Made by a program: the position numbers and the translations under genes
Source: Curvularia clavata
Taxonomy: Eukaryota
Length of the DNA: 64,000 nt
Reading direction: 5' to 3'
Assembly (NCBI GenBank): GCA_023920165.1
Contig: CP089278.1
Span: 1,984,001 to 2,048,000 of the forward strand
Notes under the pieces: generated by a model
What the model was told of the DNA's origin: nothing
Database searches by the model: none
The model's input: the letters and a program-made list of their open reading frames with translations, nothing else
Shown: positions 33,822 to 47,800 of the stretch, in pieces
Layout: each line of letters opens with the position of its first letter
How positions within the stretch are numbered: the stretch's first letter is position 1

Positions 33822-34209
33822 GTCTATAGTAATAAGCTAAAGTTAAAAAAATTATTTTAGAATAAGAATAGACTTCTCTTTAGTCTACTAAGATTTAAAC
33901 ATTAAAGAAAAGACTATATTTAAAGAGAAATTGAAATACCAGACTTGAAGCTTTTATATTTTAGACTTTGGTACTTTTAACTTCATATATTAACTCTAAA
34001 ATATTATAAAAATCTAAATTAGAATAATAACAATTATCCTAATAAATAGACATTTATTACATAGCTAATAATAGTTATAATAAATTTTACAGTTATTAAA
34101 CTATAATTATAATAAAGATAAATAGAATAAGAGTAGTATATATGATTTATAACTATAGTTTCTTCTATTTCTAGAAGCTTAATCTCTAGTTTAGTATAAT
34201 TCACTAGTA

Positions 34210-34880
34210 GCATTATATACTTAACTTATTCTATCTTTTTTTCGTCTTTTTCTTCTAATTTAAATCGACTATATCTAATATTCCAAGATGATAGATATTT
34301 TATAGTATTTTTTCTTTTAGATATTCAATTTGTTTTCTTTAAGCTACTTTATAGAAAAAGTTGATTATAAAGCTATAAAAATAGCTTATTAAATAATTTG
34401 ATTTTCTGAATATAACGATATTTGATAATAATAACTATATTCTATACTACATATACTAAAAATATATAATATAGCTATAATAGTAATAAAGCTAGAAAAC
34501 TATATTTACTAATAAATAAATACATCATAAATTCATAACTTTAGCTGCTATTTAATTGCAAAAAATATAGTAAGACTATCTATTCTAGATATTTAGTTAT
34601 AGTTAGAATATGATATTTTTAAATTAGGAAAATTATTATAAATAAATATATAAATATAAAAATCGTATTATAATATTTGAAAAGTATAACTTCAGTAGGC
34701 ATCACGCTTTATTTTACTTAGATTAAACTATATTAATTGAATAATAATACAGATATAGATATAAAAAAAACTATAGATAGTAATAAAAATAATAATTAAA
34801 TATAGATAGATATAGTAATATAAAGATATATAATATCAATCTAGTATCTATAAGAAAGAAATTAGATAATATACTAATAT
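34210..34880 (+). pseudogene. RIPped family X paralog
   Basis: Collinear with the 16027-24101 copy, including the upstream region and the downstream ATAAAAGGCTAAAGCTAG motif. Confidence 0.6.
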
Positions 34881-35048
34881 AGTATTATAGAAATTAGATC
34901 CAAATCATATTCATTAAATATAATTCAAATATAAAAATTAATATCTTAAATATTACTTAAAATATTCTATAAAAGGCTAAAGCTAGAGAATATTTTATAA
35001 AAGATCAAAGCTAGAATATTAACAATTTACGTATAAATTTTATATAAT

Positions 35049-35222
35049 AATTTAATTATTTAATTATTTGATTATTTAATTATTTGATTATTTGATTATT
35101 TAATTATTTAATTATTTAATTATTTAATTATTTAATTATTTAATTATTTAATTATTTAATTATTTAATTATTTAATTATTTAATCATTTAATTATTTAAT
35201 TATTCAATCATTTAATTATTTA
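35049..35222. repeat. 8-bp tandem repeat (ATTATTTA)n, ~21 units
   Basis: Tandem TTAATTAT units with variants TTGATTAT and TCAATCAT, suggesting RIP erosion of a less AT-rich unit. Confidence 0.9.
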
Positions 35223-36356
35223 TTTATATTCTTATTTTCCAAGATTAGCTCGCCTATAGTAATTAGCCAAAAATTTATACTATATAAACGAGTAGTAGAC
35301 CTTTCTTTAGTCTACTAAAAATCAAAAAGTTAAGATAAAGGATACTATTTAGATAGAGGTTTAAAAATAATACTTTAAACTATAAATCTTAGATACTAAA
35401 AGCTATTTAGCTTTTATTCGGAAAAGTCAGTATTAGTTTAAATACAACTAAACTATAAACTAATAATAACTGCTCTATTAGATATCTAATAATAGATAGT
35501 AAAATCTATACTTAACTATAGTTATAATAAGAATATATATTATAATATAGTAAAATAGTATTTAGCTATTTATAAGTGCTCTATATTTATAAATTCAGTT
35601 TCTAGTCTAGTAAATCTAATAATATTACTTTCTATCTAATTTCTATCTTCATATTACTAGTAAGTTTTTTGAAATTATAATTTAACTATATTATTATACA
35701 CTATAAATTAATAAGATAATATAAGATTATCGTTATTCTTATACTAAATACTATATTTTCTTTTTATAATAGAATAGCTATTAATATCTTTTAAGATTTC
35801 TAGAGATAGCTTTCTAACTAGCTAAAGTATTTTAGCTATCTATTCGCTAAAAATTACTCTATCTTACTAAAAAGATTCTAGATTGATGAAATCTAACTAT
35901 ATAAAATATTAATATTTTATACTATTATTAATAGCTAGAAGGCTCTTTAACTATACAAATATAGATTTAACTTAATCTAAAAAATATAGAAAAGACAGTC
36001 TAGTTAAACTATTTATAATTATCTCTATAATAATATAAGTAATATCTAATAAACTATTATAGTTTGAATACTAACTAAAACGAAATATAAATTTAAAATA
36101 AACCTTTAGTCTTAGAAGAATTAATCTTAGATAGAGACGTTATTATATTTTATTAGAGTAGAGTTAGAAATACAAAAAACTAGAGAGATAAAAACAGAGA
36201 ATATTAATATCGCTAATATAAAGAAAAAAAATTTATAATATATTAATCTAGCTTTATAAAACTAGATATACTATAACTATCAGTTTAAAAATTAAATTAT
36301 AATTCATAAGATATTGTATAAAATATTCTATAAAAAGCTAAAATTAAATTTAATTA

Positions 36357-38203
36357 ACGTAGTTCACAAGCGAGTCGGCACCCCAAGCGAGTCGGCAGCT
36401 CCCTACCGGCGCGTCAACGTCGACACTATAACGCGTTATATCTCAACCACATCAAATCCAACAAGTTACTTCTAAAGCTGATATTCAATTAGCTATCTTT
36501 AAAATTAATTCTTACTGTATTTAAAGTATTAAGCGTACTACTAAGATCTATAACGTTCCTTGAATAATAGTATAAGACTAACGCGCTAGAAAGCCCTCCC
36601 GACGCGACTGCGAGCCAAATTCGAAGTATCTAAACAAGCTAGAAAAGGAGGCTATAGTTAAGCGTATTCTTGAAGAATCTACGCGAGGATTTGCGTCTAC
36701 AAAGACTGACGTTTAAGTAATAGCTGATAAACTGTTGTATAAGTAGGAGAGCAACCCTACTGGCAAGAACTAGATTAATAACTTTGTTAAGTGAACTCCT
36801 AAGCTCTATACGCGCTGGAGCTATCCCTATAATTACTAGTGAGCCGCCTGCGAGAATCTAGTGGCTATCTAGTGCTGGTTTAACTTAGTTCAGGCGATAA
36901 AGTAGAAGTGGGGTATCGTGGACGATGATATCTATAACTTTAACGAGACTAGCTTTATAATAGGCAAGATTTTATTATAGTTAGTTATTATAGGCTTAGA
37001 GGGATATAGCAAAAAGAAGCAGATATAGCTAGGCAACCGTGAGTGGGTTACTGCGATCTAAGGCGTAGGCGCGTTGGGTCGCCAGATACTACCCTTTGTT
37101 GTCTTTGTAGGCAAGGTGCTTATTAACGTTTAGTTTAAAAATTTGCTAGCTAACTAGGTTCTTAAAGTTAGTCCTAATAGCTAGACGAATAATTAACTTG
37201 CTCTTATCTAGTTAGAGCACTTTGATATCTATATAAAGAGGTATACTATAGGTGGGTATCGACTGCTTATTATCGACGGCTACGAGAGCTACTACTCTAT
37301 CGATTTTTAAGATCTTTGTAAGGAGAAGAATATTATCCTTCTCTGTATGCCTGCACACTCGTCTTATCTACTACAGCCTCTTGATATCGCCTATTTCTCG
37401 CCGTTGAAGCGCAAGTATAGCGACGCTATTTCAGGCTTGGCACGTAACCGTACTAACTATATTAGTAAGAAGACCTTTCTACTAGCCTTTAAGGCTGCTT
37501 TTAAGCAGTCTATTATAAAGAAAAATATCTAAGCTGGCTTTAGAGGCGCTAGTCTAGTCCTATATAAACTATAGGCTGTGCTATTAAAGCTTGATATAGT
37601 GGTGCAAACACTATATTAATTACCGCGATAGGTAGCCGTCTAGAAGGCGCAGACACTACGCAACGCGCGCGAAGTTAAGGCTTAAATTAGTCTTATTTAA
37701 TAGAGTGTAAGAAGGCGCCGTAGGTCCTCTGCCAACTTACTTACTAAGTAGATTGCGCAGTTGAGTAAGGGGGCTCAGCAAATAGCATATAAGATGGTAC
37801 TTCTAATAGAGAAAATAACTACTCTTTAAGAGGCTCTTAACAAATTAAATAAGCGTAAAAGCTGTAAGCGGCGATACGTACAGTTAGAAGAGACTCTTAC
37901 TATAGGCGAGGTATAAGAAGTATTAGCTAAATAGGCGGGTAGCAGTTGTGGTAATAGTGAGAGTGCGTTGAAGAGGGTGCGAGGATAGAGGCGGTGCGGG
38001 CGTTGCAAGCAGACTAGATATAACGCTTGTATCTGTGTAGTTAATATAGATAGTGTAAGTAATAGTGGCGATTCTAATAATTAATTTAGTATATCGCAAT
38101 AGTTTATTAACTGTGATAAAAGACTGTGATAACGTCTTGACGTCAACGCGCCAGTGGGGAGCTGCCGACTCGCTTGAGGTGCTGACTCGCTTGTGAACTA
38201 CGT
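36357..38203 (+). mobile_element. Fot1/pogo-type transposon, RIPped (copy 1)
   Basis: TIR ACGTAGTTCACAAGCGAGTCGGCACCCCAAGCGAGTCGGCAGCTCCC; TA TSD; relic motifs YNFNET, IIDGYES, MPAHSSYLLQPLD. Confidence 0.93.
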
Positions 38204-38552
38204 TATTTATAAATATCTATAAATTATAAGAATAATAAAATAGTTTATTCTATTATAATAGCTTTAGTTTTGACTTAGCTATTAACTACCAGATATTTCT
38301 AGTATTTCTCTTATTTTTTATCTATATATAAGACATTATCATCTTATATTCTAGCTTTAGCTTATCTAGTAAGCTATATTTTGAATATCTTAGTTTATTA
38401 CAAAATTTTATCAATTATAAAAAAGATATAAAACTAATCTAATCTTACTCTAGTCAAGTAGTAAGTTTTTAATTAAGATAAAAGATAGATATAGCATCTA
38501 TTTTTTTTAGCTATCTATAAAGAATACTAGCTATCTACAGTTATTAGATTAT

Positions 38553-41500
38553 TATTACACAGGGTCCTACGTTAGCATGAAATATACTTATCTAGTCTCT
38601 ATCTCAATTAGGGCGAAGCTAGTATCTCTAAAGTATACTATAAGATAGTTATCTAGCGATTTATATAGAATATAAATATACTAAAAATAGATAAACTAAT
38701 TCTATTTTATAATAGAATGACTAGTATTAATCTAAATATAAAAAAACTATTTAAGTTAAATATAATAACTATAATAATAAAACTAAATAAATTTATCATC
38801 TATTATCTTGAATTCTAATATTTAGCTAAGTTTTTAATATTAGAAATCTTATCAGTCTCTTTAGATATTTAGTATTTTTCAAAGATCTAGCATTTCTAGA
38901 TATCTTTTTTTAGTATAATACTAATTATATAACTTCTATGCTATAGAGATTATTATCTACTAATATGTTACTTATTAGCTTTTAACTACAATCTTTATAT
39001 TAAAGAGTAAATCTTTTTTTTATTACTTATTTTTTTTTTTTAAATATATTATTCTAATACTTTATAATATTATTTTTCTATACTAATTTATAAAACGTAA
39101 GTTAGATATACAATTAATAGTCTCTAGATTATTATAGCTATCTCTTCTTTTTATTAGTCTTTCTAACTATATCTAAGATATAAAAATCTTCTACTCTCTA
39201 TTCTTACTTATTAACTAATTAAAAGTATATTTATACCGCGTATATAGAGTAAAAAGATTTTAAGATAGATTTTTATTATAAGCGCTATAAGAAAAGAAGC
39301 TTTAGTACTTTATAGAGATATTTTCTAGTTATTATACTAACTATATCTCTATTAGTATAACGTAGTTCACAAGCGAGTCGGCACCCCAAGCGAGTCGGCA
39401 GCTCCCCACCGGCGCGTCAACGTCAACACTATAACGCGTTATATCTCAACTATATTAAATTTAATAAGTTACTTCTAAAGCTAATATTAAATTAGCTATC
39501 TTTAAAATTAATTCTTACTATATTTAAAGTATTAAGCGTACTACTAAGATCTATAACGTTCCTTAAGTAATAGTATAAGACTAACGCGCTAGAAAGCCCT
39601 CCTAACACAACTGTAAGCCAAATTCGAAGTATCTAAACAAGCTAGAAGAGAAGGCTATAGTTAAGCATATTCTTAAAAAATCTACGTGAGGATTTACGCC
39701 TACAAAGGCTAATATTTAAATAATAGCTAATAAACTATTATATAAGTGGGAGAGCAACCCTACTAGTAAGAACTAGATTAATAATTTTATTAAGCGAACT
39801 TCTAAGCTCTATACGCGCTAGAGCTGTCTCTATAATTACTAGCGAGCTGTCTATAAGAATCTAGTAGCTATCTAGCGCTAGTTTAACTTAGTTTAGGCGA
39901 TAAAGTAGAAGTAGAGTATTATAGATAATAATATCTATAACTTTAACAAGACTGGCTTTATAATAGATAAGATTTTATTATAGTTAGTTATTATAGGCTT
40001 AGAAGAATATAGTAAAAAGAAGTAGATATAGCTAGATAACTATAAGTAGATTACTATAATCTAAAATATAGGCGCGTTAGATTATTAGATACTACCCTTT
40101 ATTATCTTTATAGGTAAGATACTTATTAACGTCTAGTTTAAAAATTTGCTAGCTAACTAGATTCTTAAAGTTAGTCCTAATGGCTAGACGAATAATTAAC
40201 TTACTTTTATCTAGTTAGAGTACTTTAATATCTATATAAAAAGGTATACTATAGATAGATATTAACTACTTATTATTAATAGCTATAAGAGCTACTGCTT
40301 TTTAATTTTCAAGATCTTTATAAAGAGAAGAATATTATTCTTCTCTATATGTCTATACACTCGTCTTACCTACTATAGCCTTTTAATATTGCCTACTTCT
40401 TGCTATTAAAGCGCAAGTATAGCGACACTATTTTAGGCTTAGTATATAACTATACTAACTATATTAGTAAGAAAACCTTTCTACTAGCTTTTAAGGCTGC
40501 TTTTAAGTAGTCTATTATAAAGAAGAATATCTAAGCTAGCTTTAGAGATGCTAGTCTAGTCCTATATAAACTATAGGCTGTGCTATTAAAGCTTGATATG
40601 GTGGTGCAGATACTATATTAATTACCGCGATAGATAGCTGTTTGGGAGACGTAGACACTATATAACGCGCGCGAAGTTGAGGCTTAAATTAGTCTTATTT
40701 AATAGAGCGTAAGAAGGCGCTATAGATCCTCTGCTAACTTACTTACTAAGTAGATTATATAGTTAAGTAAAGGGGCTTAGCAAATAGCATATAAGATAGT
40801 ACTTCTAATAGAGAAAATAACTACTTTTTAAAAGGCTTTTAACGAATTAAATAAGTATAAAAGCTATAAGTGGCGATATATATAGTTAGAAGAGACTTTT
40901 ACTATAGGCGAGGTATAAGAAGTATTAGCTAAATAGATAGGTAGTAGTTGTAGTAATAGTGAGAGTGCGTCAAAAAGGGTGCGAGAATAGAGGTAGTGCG
41001 GACGTTATAAGTAGACTAGATATAACGCTTATATCTATATAGTTAATATAGATAGTATAAATAATAGTAGCAATTTTAATAATTAATTTAGTATATTATA
41101 ATAGTTTATTAACTATAATAAAAGACTATGATAACGTCTCGACGTCAACGCGCCAGTAGGGAGCTGCCGACTCGCTTGGGGTACCGACTCGCTTGTGAAC
41201 TACGTTAGAGTATGGCTTATTTATTTTCAAAAAAGAAGAAAAAGATATAAAAAGAGTATAAAGAGAAAAGGTTAGTAGTAGCGTAACTTAAAAGATATTT
41301 ATTTTAGTAAAAACTTAAATATCTAGAAGTAAAAAAATAAAAACGCTTTTATATTTATTATTATATCATAGTTCTTACTATTTAGAATTATATAAGAGAG
41401 TAGACTAAAAAGTGCTCTACCCTTAGTATAGCTTTTTTTATAATTAGATTCTTATTATCTAGATAGTTAGCTAACTTAGATGAGGTATAGGCTAATCTTT

Positions 41501-41798
41501 TTTTTTTTTTTTTTTTTTTTTTCAGTTACTCCTCTTTTTATTTTGAATTCTTTCTTTTTAGATTTAGAGATTTCTTATAAAATATCTCTATAAGCAACTT
41601 ATAGTTGATGTAGTTTTTTTCTAATTTCTAAATATTATAGCTCTTAGACTGATCCTTCTATATAATTTAGTGCTTCTACTAACTACTAATTATCTATAGA
41701 TTCCTAATTTCCTTAACTATATACTTAATATCTTTAAGCTTAGTTTTATCTATTAGTTTAGTTTTTAGAGATACTTATTTTAGTAGTTTTTTAAAAAA

Positions 41799-41834
<36 letters not shown>

Positions 41835-42784
41835 AATAATAGCTAGCGTTTATAATTTATAGATCGTTTCCTCTCTAGAATTTTAAATAGTCCTGATTTG
41901 AGATTATCTAGTTTCTTACTTAGTTATTTAGTTTTGAGATTTTATTATTATAAGAAAACTCTATCCTCTTTTATAAAAATAAGTTTTTTAATATTTAATC
42001 TATCTATAGCTTTGGATAATATAGAATTTCTATAAAAAGTATTTCTTCTTAATTCTTAAAATAATTCTTAAATTAGTAAGATCTTATTATCTACTCTTAC
42101 TATAAAACTTTTAATATTCTTTAAATCTTAATAAGTAATTAGCTTATACCTATAGTTCGCGTAACATAGTAAATATTTTATTATTCCTAATTCATAACTA
42201 TTATAGACTAGTTATACTATTAATAAAAGTTTAATCAAGTAATTTTATAGCTTATTAGTATAGGATTATAAATACTTTTTTATAGTTTAGTTTATCCTCT
42301 CTATCTATCTATTGGTTTTAGAGTAAAAACTAGATAATAGCTTTTTTTTACTTCTAGTTTCGCTAAAAATATTAACTAGTATCTTAATACAGATAGTTTA
42401 TCTTTATTTATGATAGATTTCTTAGATATTCTACTCTTTAATATTAATATTTTAGAAATTTTATATATATATCTTTTTACTATAATTATTACTTCTATAG
42501 ATATAAATATTACTAACTAAGTTAATTCATTTCTAATAACTAGTACTATAGTATAAAACTAAGCTAATACTAGTTTTAAAAGTTTTAGAAACTTTAATAT
42601 AAAGTTTATTATTATACTACTCTATAGTTATATTAGTAGTAGTAAGAGTTATAATAGACTATAAAACTTATATCTTTTAGACTCATTATGATAATATACT
42701 GTATAGTTATCTATTACTTTCTATATTTACATCTGTAAGTGTAGTATATAGAACGTCTTATTTATATATCTAACTATCTTATTA
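38553..42784 (-). mobile_element. Truncated, RIPped, diverged family A subfamily (A') copy: 3' LTR, antisense ORF and integrase; contains Fot1 copy 2 and is cut by Tc1 copy 2
   Basis: TATTACACAGGGTCCTAC at 38553 is the RIPped reverse LTR end; 41600-42780 matches the reverse of pol integrase/chromodomain. Confidence 0.8.
39360..41205 (+). mobile_element. Fot1/pogo-type transposon, more heavily RIPped (copy 2)
   Basis: Same TIRs and body as 36357-38203; TA TSD. Confidence 0.93.
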
Positions 42785-44898
42785 CAGTGGGGTGACAAAA
42801 AGAAAGAGTACAAGAAAAAATAGCTAATTTCAAATAGCTATATCTCAGCTTATATAATAACTAATAATAAGAAGATTTGATCTTTATATAGAGATTTACT
42901 AGATCTTAAAAGCTAGTATTTGAAATACTGCTTACTAAGCATACAGAGTATACTAAAGAATACTAAAGTAGAGAGAAAAAAAAACGCCAACTTTCAGCTA
43001 TTTTTTCGCGCTTGTTTTTTGGATTTTATTTATACATCTATATATAGATAGACACTACTAGTCTATGTATATAATATATATAGTTTTAAGCTATGGTTGT
43101 CTATCTAGTTAAGTAGCTATATAATATTTTAAATTTTGGCATTAGCTTATATAAGCACTAGCTTAGTCAGCTATTAGTAATCAACTAGTATATAACTATA
43201 ACTTTCTATTCCTAGCAACTTAAAACTGTATTCCCCACACGATGGAGCCACAACTGTCGAATTTCGAACGCCAAATCAAAGCGTTTTTAGACGCTAATAC
43301 ACCTATAAAAAATATAATAAATTACTTTCAAAAAAATCCACGGTCTATATATAACGCTATAGCTCGAATAAAACGAAAATATAAAGCTATTAGTCAGCCA
43401 AAAAGAGCTAGTTTAGGCGGAATTTCTAAGACAACTTCTAGAGCTATAAGAGCTCTAAATAGAGACATACTACGCAGTCCAAAAAAAACAAAAAATAGAT
43501 TATTAAACGAAAATAATCTAGAAATATCTAATAGAACTCTTCAAAGAGTTTTAAAAGCTGAGGGTTGGACTATAACAACAAGTCAAAAAAAGCCAATTTT
43601 AAACGAGAAAAAAGCAAAAAAAACGGCTACTTTACGCAAAAGATAAGCTTAAAAAGCTTACTAATATAGATTTTAAAAAGATTGTATTTTTGGACGAGTC
43701 TGGAATCCATCGTGGACATGGATCTCGAGCCGAATTTTCTCGAAATCGGCCAAAATTCCACCAAAATTCAGAAATATATTCTACAAAGAATACAAGTACG
43801 TTTAAAAATATATCTAAGAAGCCAAAATATAGTTATATATATATATATAACTATATATATGTTTTATATCTTATATATCTAGCTGACTAAGCCTAATTTT
43901 AGCTCACGATATAACTATCCAAGTTTGGGGAGCTATTTGGATAGGTGGCAGATCCGATCTAGTGGTTATTAAAACGCCAAAAAGTATAGTTAAATATCGA
44001 AATCACCACTATATTAGAAAACGTCTAATACCGTATATAAAACCAAATATAAAACGCGGTAAGTTTTACTATATATTTTTACTTATATATAGTTATATAT
44101 ATAGAAATATATATATATTTCTATATATCTAACTAGTATATAATATTTAGCTAATATATAACTATCTAGGCTGGAAATTCCGCCAGGATAACGCAACAAT
44201 CCATAAAGCTAGAAACGTTTTAGACTGGTTTAAGCGCCATAAAATGGCACTTTTCGACCATCCAGCGTACAGCCCAGATTTAAATCCAATAGAAAACGTA
44301 TGGAGCTTGCTTAAATATCGGCTTACTAAGCTGCCAAGCTCTAGTCTTAGTACTGGCGCTAGTGAGACTAGCATAAATACGTTTATTACAGCTATTCACC
44401 AAGAGTGGCATAAAATACCACAAAAAGATATAGATAACTGTATTTTATCTATGCTAAAACGCTATAAAAGAGTAGTAGAAGCTAGAGGCTGGTATACTAA
44501 GTATTAGATAGTAATTTACAATTATTATCTAATTTAAATACTAAAATATAACTTATATATATATCTACTAACTTAGATAGACAACTATAGCTTAGCACTA
44601 TATATATAATATATATAGACTAGTAGTGTCTATCTATATATAGATATATATATAAAATCTAAAAAACAAGCGCGAAAAAATAGCTTAAAGTTGGTGTTTT
44701 TTTTTCTCCCTACTTTAGTATTTTTTCTTATATATTCTGTATGATTACTAAGCAGTATTTAATATACTGATTTTTAAGATCTAGCAAATCTCTATATAAG
44801 GATTAAACTTTCTCATTATTAGCTATTTTATAGGCTGAGATATAGCTATCTAAAAATAGCTATCTTTTCTTGTACTCTTTCTTTTTGTCACCCCACTG
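42785..44898 (+). mobile_element. Tc1-family DNA transposon copy 2 (2114 bp, ~330-bp imperfect TIRs)
   Basis: Termini CAGTGGGGTGACAAAAAG...CTTTTTGTCACCCCACTG with TA flanks. Confidence 0.95.
43242..44507 (+). pseudogene. Tc1 DD34E transposase; exons 43242-43795, 43903-44058, 44170-44507; single +1 frameshift in an A8 run (~43616-43623)
   Basis: Introns GTACGT...TAG and GTAAGT...TAG with branch-like GCTGAC/GCTAAT; splicing restores the frame (QVWGAIW; GWKFRQDNA); 34 residues between the D of QDN and the E of NPIE. Confidence 0.85.
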
Positions 44899-47800
44899 TA
44901 TAAAATTAAATTTCAGGTTTCAAATAATTAGTTTTAGATAAAGATTTTGTTATATTTTATTAGAATAGAAGTTAAAATGATGAAACATAAAAAAATACAA
45001 ATAGAGAGTATTAACAGTACTAATCGAAGAAATATAATAATAATATATTAATTAATCTTTATAGAGCTTGATTGATTATAACTATTAGTTTAGAAATCAA
45101 AATATAATTTATAAAATATTTTATAGAATATTGTATAAAAGATTAAAGCTAGAATATAAGTTTATAGAGCTAGATAGATTATAACTATCAGTTTAGGAAG
45201 AGGTAGTATAGTAGTTTATCTACTAGCTTCTTTATCTACTCACTAAGACCTGTCTTACTATAGATAATAGATTTAAACCCTGTTTTTCTTACTAGATCAG
45301 AATAAAACATTTGTAAAAACCTATTCACTACTATTACTAGTCGAGATTGAATTTGAATAAATCTAGATAATGATTTAGATTCTTTTAGATCAAGCTTAGA
45401 CCCAATTTAGAGTCGATATATCTATTGTATTTAAATTTATTAGTTAGACATATTTAAGTAGTATTATTAGTTCAGTGCTATAAAAGCTTCTACTAGTTTC
45501 TATTCGAAGTAGTCTCTCCTATATTTTATGTTAAAGAAATTCTATACATCTATTCTGAGTAGGCTAGTCTAGACTAGAGTAGAAAGATGCTAAACTATCA
45601 CACATAACTATTAATTTAGAAATTAAAATATTATTTATAAAATATTTTTATTATACGGGGTCCTACGTTAGTAGGAATATACTTACCTAGTCTAGGTTCT
45701 AGGTTAGGATAAGGCTAGTTTCTGCGAAGTATACTATAAGGTAGTTGTCTAGCAATTTAGTAGTAGGGAATAATAAAGATAGATAAAACTAATTCTATTT
45801 AAAAATAGAATAACTAGTATTAATCTAAGTATAAAAAGTAACTATAAAAGATACTTTACTAAGTTAACTATAATAAGTATAATAATAAAATCTAACATAT
45901 ATTTATATCTATTACTTCTAGTCCTATTTTTACTATTTTTATAGAATAACTTCTACATTCTCTAAAGTCTTTAAAGTCACTTTAGTTACGTATAAGTATA
46001 TCCTTATATACTAGTATAATTTCCTAGTCTTAGCCTAAGGCTAGTCACATAATCGCCTCTCTATAGAGATTATTACCTTCTAACGTATTATCTAATAGTC
46101 TCTTACCTATAGCTATTATTAAGGAGAGATCCTTCTTTATTATTTATAATATTATTCCCTCTTTTAGAGTTATTATTCTAATACTTTAGATTATTATTTT
46201 TCTATACATTACTTGGCGCTAATAGCTTAAATAAGTATTAAGATATACCTATTATATTATAGGCGCTTCTTTCTTTATATTTTTCTAACTATATCTAAGA
46301 TTTAACTAACTTGTCGTGTCTGTGACTAGAATTCGACTTTTTAGCGTCAGGCCCGCGCTAACTATATAAGGGAATAAGACTGTAAGATAACTTTCTAGTA
46401 TAAATATTATAAAGAAAAGAATCTTTATTATTTTATAAATATAGTAACTAGTTGCTATACTAGTTATATTTCAGTTTCTACTAAATATAGCTTTTTTATT
46501 TCTAAAGAAGAGTGGAAGAAGGTCAAGGCTAAGAAGTAGTAAAAACGTCTTAAGATTGCTCATACTAAAGAGCGCTAGCTTTAGGCTGCAATAGAGACTA
46601 CGCGACTTCGTCGCAAGCTTCTAGAGGTTGAGGCGCGAAAGCGAGAATTTACTAATTAAAATTATACTATCTTAAGTTTTTAGAATTAAACGTAAAAGTA
46701 GGCTAAGAGAAGTTCTATCTCTAGTATAGACTATCTGATAACCAAACTATTACTATCTAGACTATTAACTAACTTAGACTAGTTATAGACTAACGTTTTT
46801 TATAACTTTTTTTTACTTAATTATTTTCTTTTTTTTAAAGGTCTATCTCTCGCTTCTATAGATATTTTTAATAGTACTTCTATACTAGTAATCTATAGTT
46901 CGTTAAGTTTTTTTTAGATTTCTAAGTATTATAGCTATTTAGCTATCTCATCTACTTAACTAAGTACTTCTACTAACTGTCTATTTTCTATAGGTCTTTA
47001 ATTTCTTTAACTAAATATTCGTTATCTTTAAGCTTAATATCGTCTATTAGCTTGGCCTCTAGAGGTGTAGGTTCTAGCAGTTTTTTATAAAAAACGTTAT
47101 ATATACGTATACCTAGTAGTAGCTATAGTTTATAGTTTATAGATCTTATTTTCTTTAGAATTTTAAATAGTCTTAATTAGAGATTATCTAGTTTCCTACT
47201 TAGATACTTAGTTTTTAAATTTTATCGTAATAAGAAAACTCTATTCTCTTTTTTAAAAGTTAGTCTCTTAATCTTTAGCTTATTTACAGCTTTAGACGTT
47301 ATAAGGTTTCTATAAGTAATATTTCTACTTAATTCTGTATATAATTCGCGTATTAGTTAGGCTTTATCGTCTGCTCTAACTATAATACTTTTAATATCTT
47401 TTAGATCTTAATAAGCGATTGGCTTATATCTATAGTTCGCGTAATATAGTAAGTATTTCATTGTTACTGATTTTAAACTATTGTAGGCTAGTTATACTAT
47501 TAGTAAGAGTTCAATCTAGTTATTTTATAGCTTATTAGTGTAAAATCGTAAATACTGTTCTAGCGTTTAGTCTGTTTATTCTATTTGTCCGTCAGTTTCT
47601 AGATAGAAGCTAGTCAATAGCTTTTTTTTAACTTCTATCTTTACTAAGAATATAGACTAGTATTTTAATATAAATAACTTATCTCTATCTATTATAAATT
47701 TTTTAGGTATTCTATACTCTAATATTAGTGCCTTAGAAACTTTATACGCGCATTCTTCTGCTATAATTATTTCTTCTATAGGCACGAACTTTACTCCTTT

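Noticed and set aside
41497..41832. Poly-T and (TA)n tracts
   Set aside because: Slippage expansions within a RIPped retroelement; no independent significance.
12786..42784. Simple inversion between the two oppositely oriented Tc1 copies
   Set aside because: Re-inverting would join family B (3253) to family A' (42784), which are not contiguous sequences.
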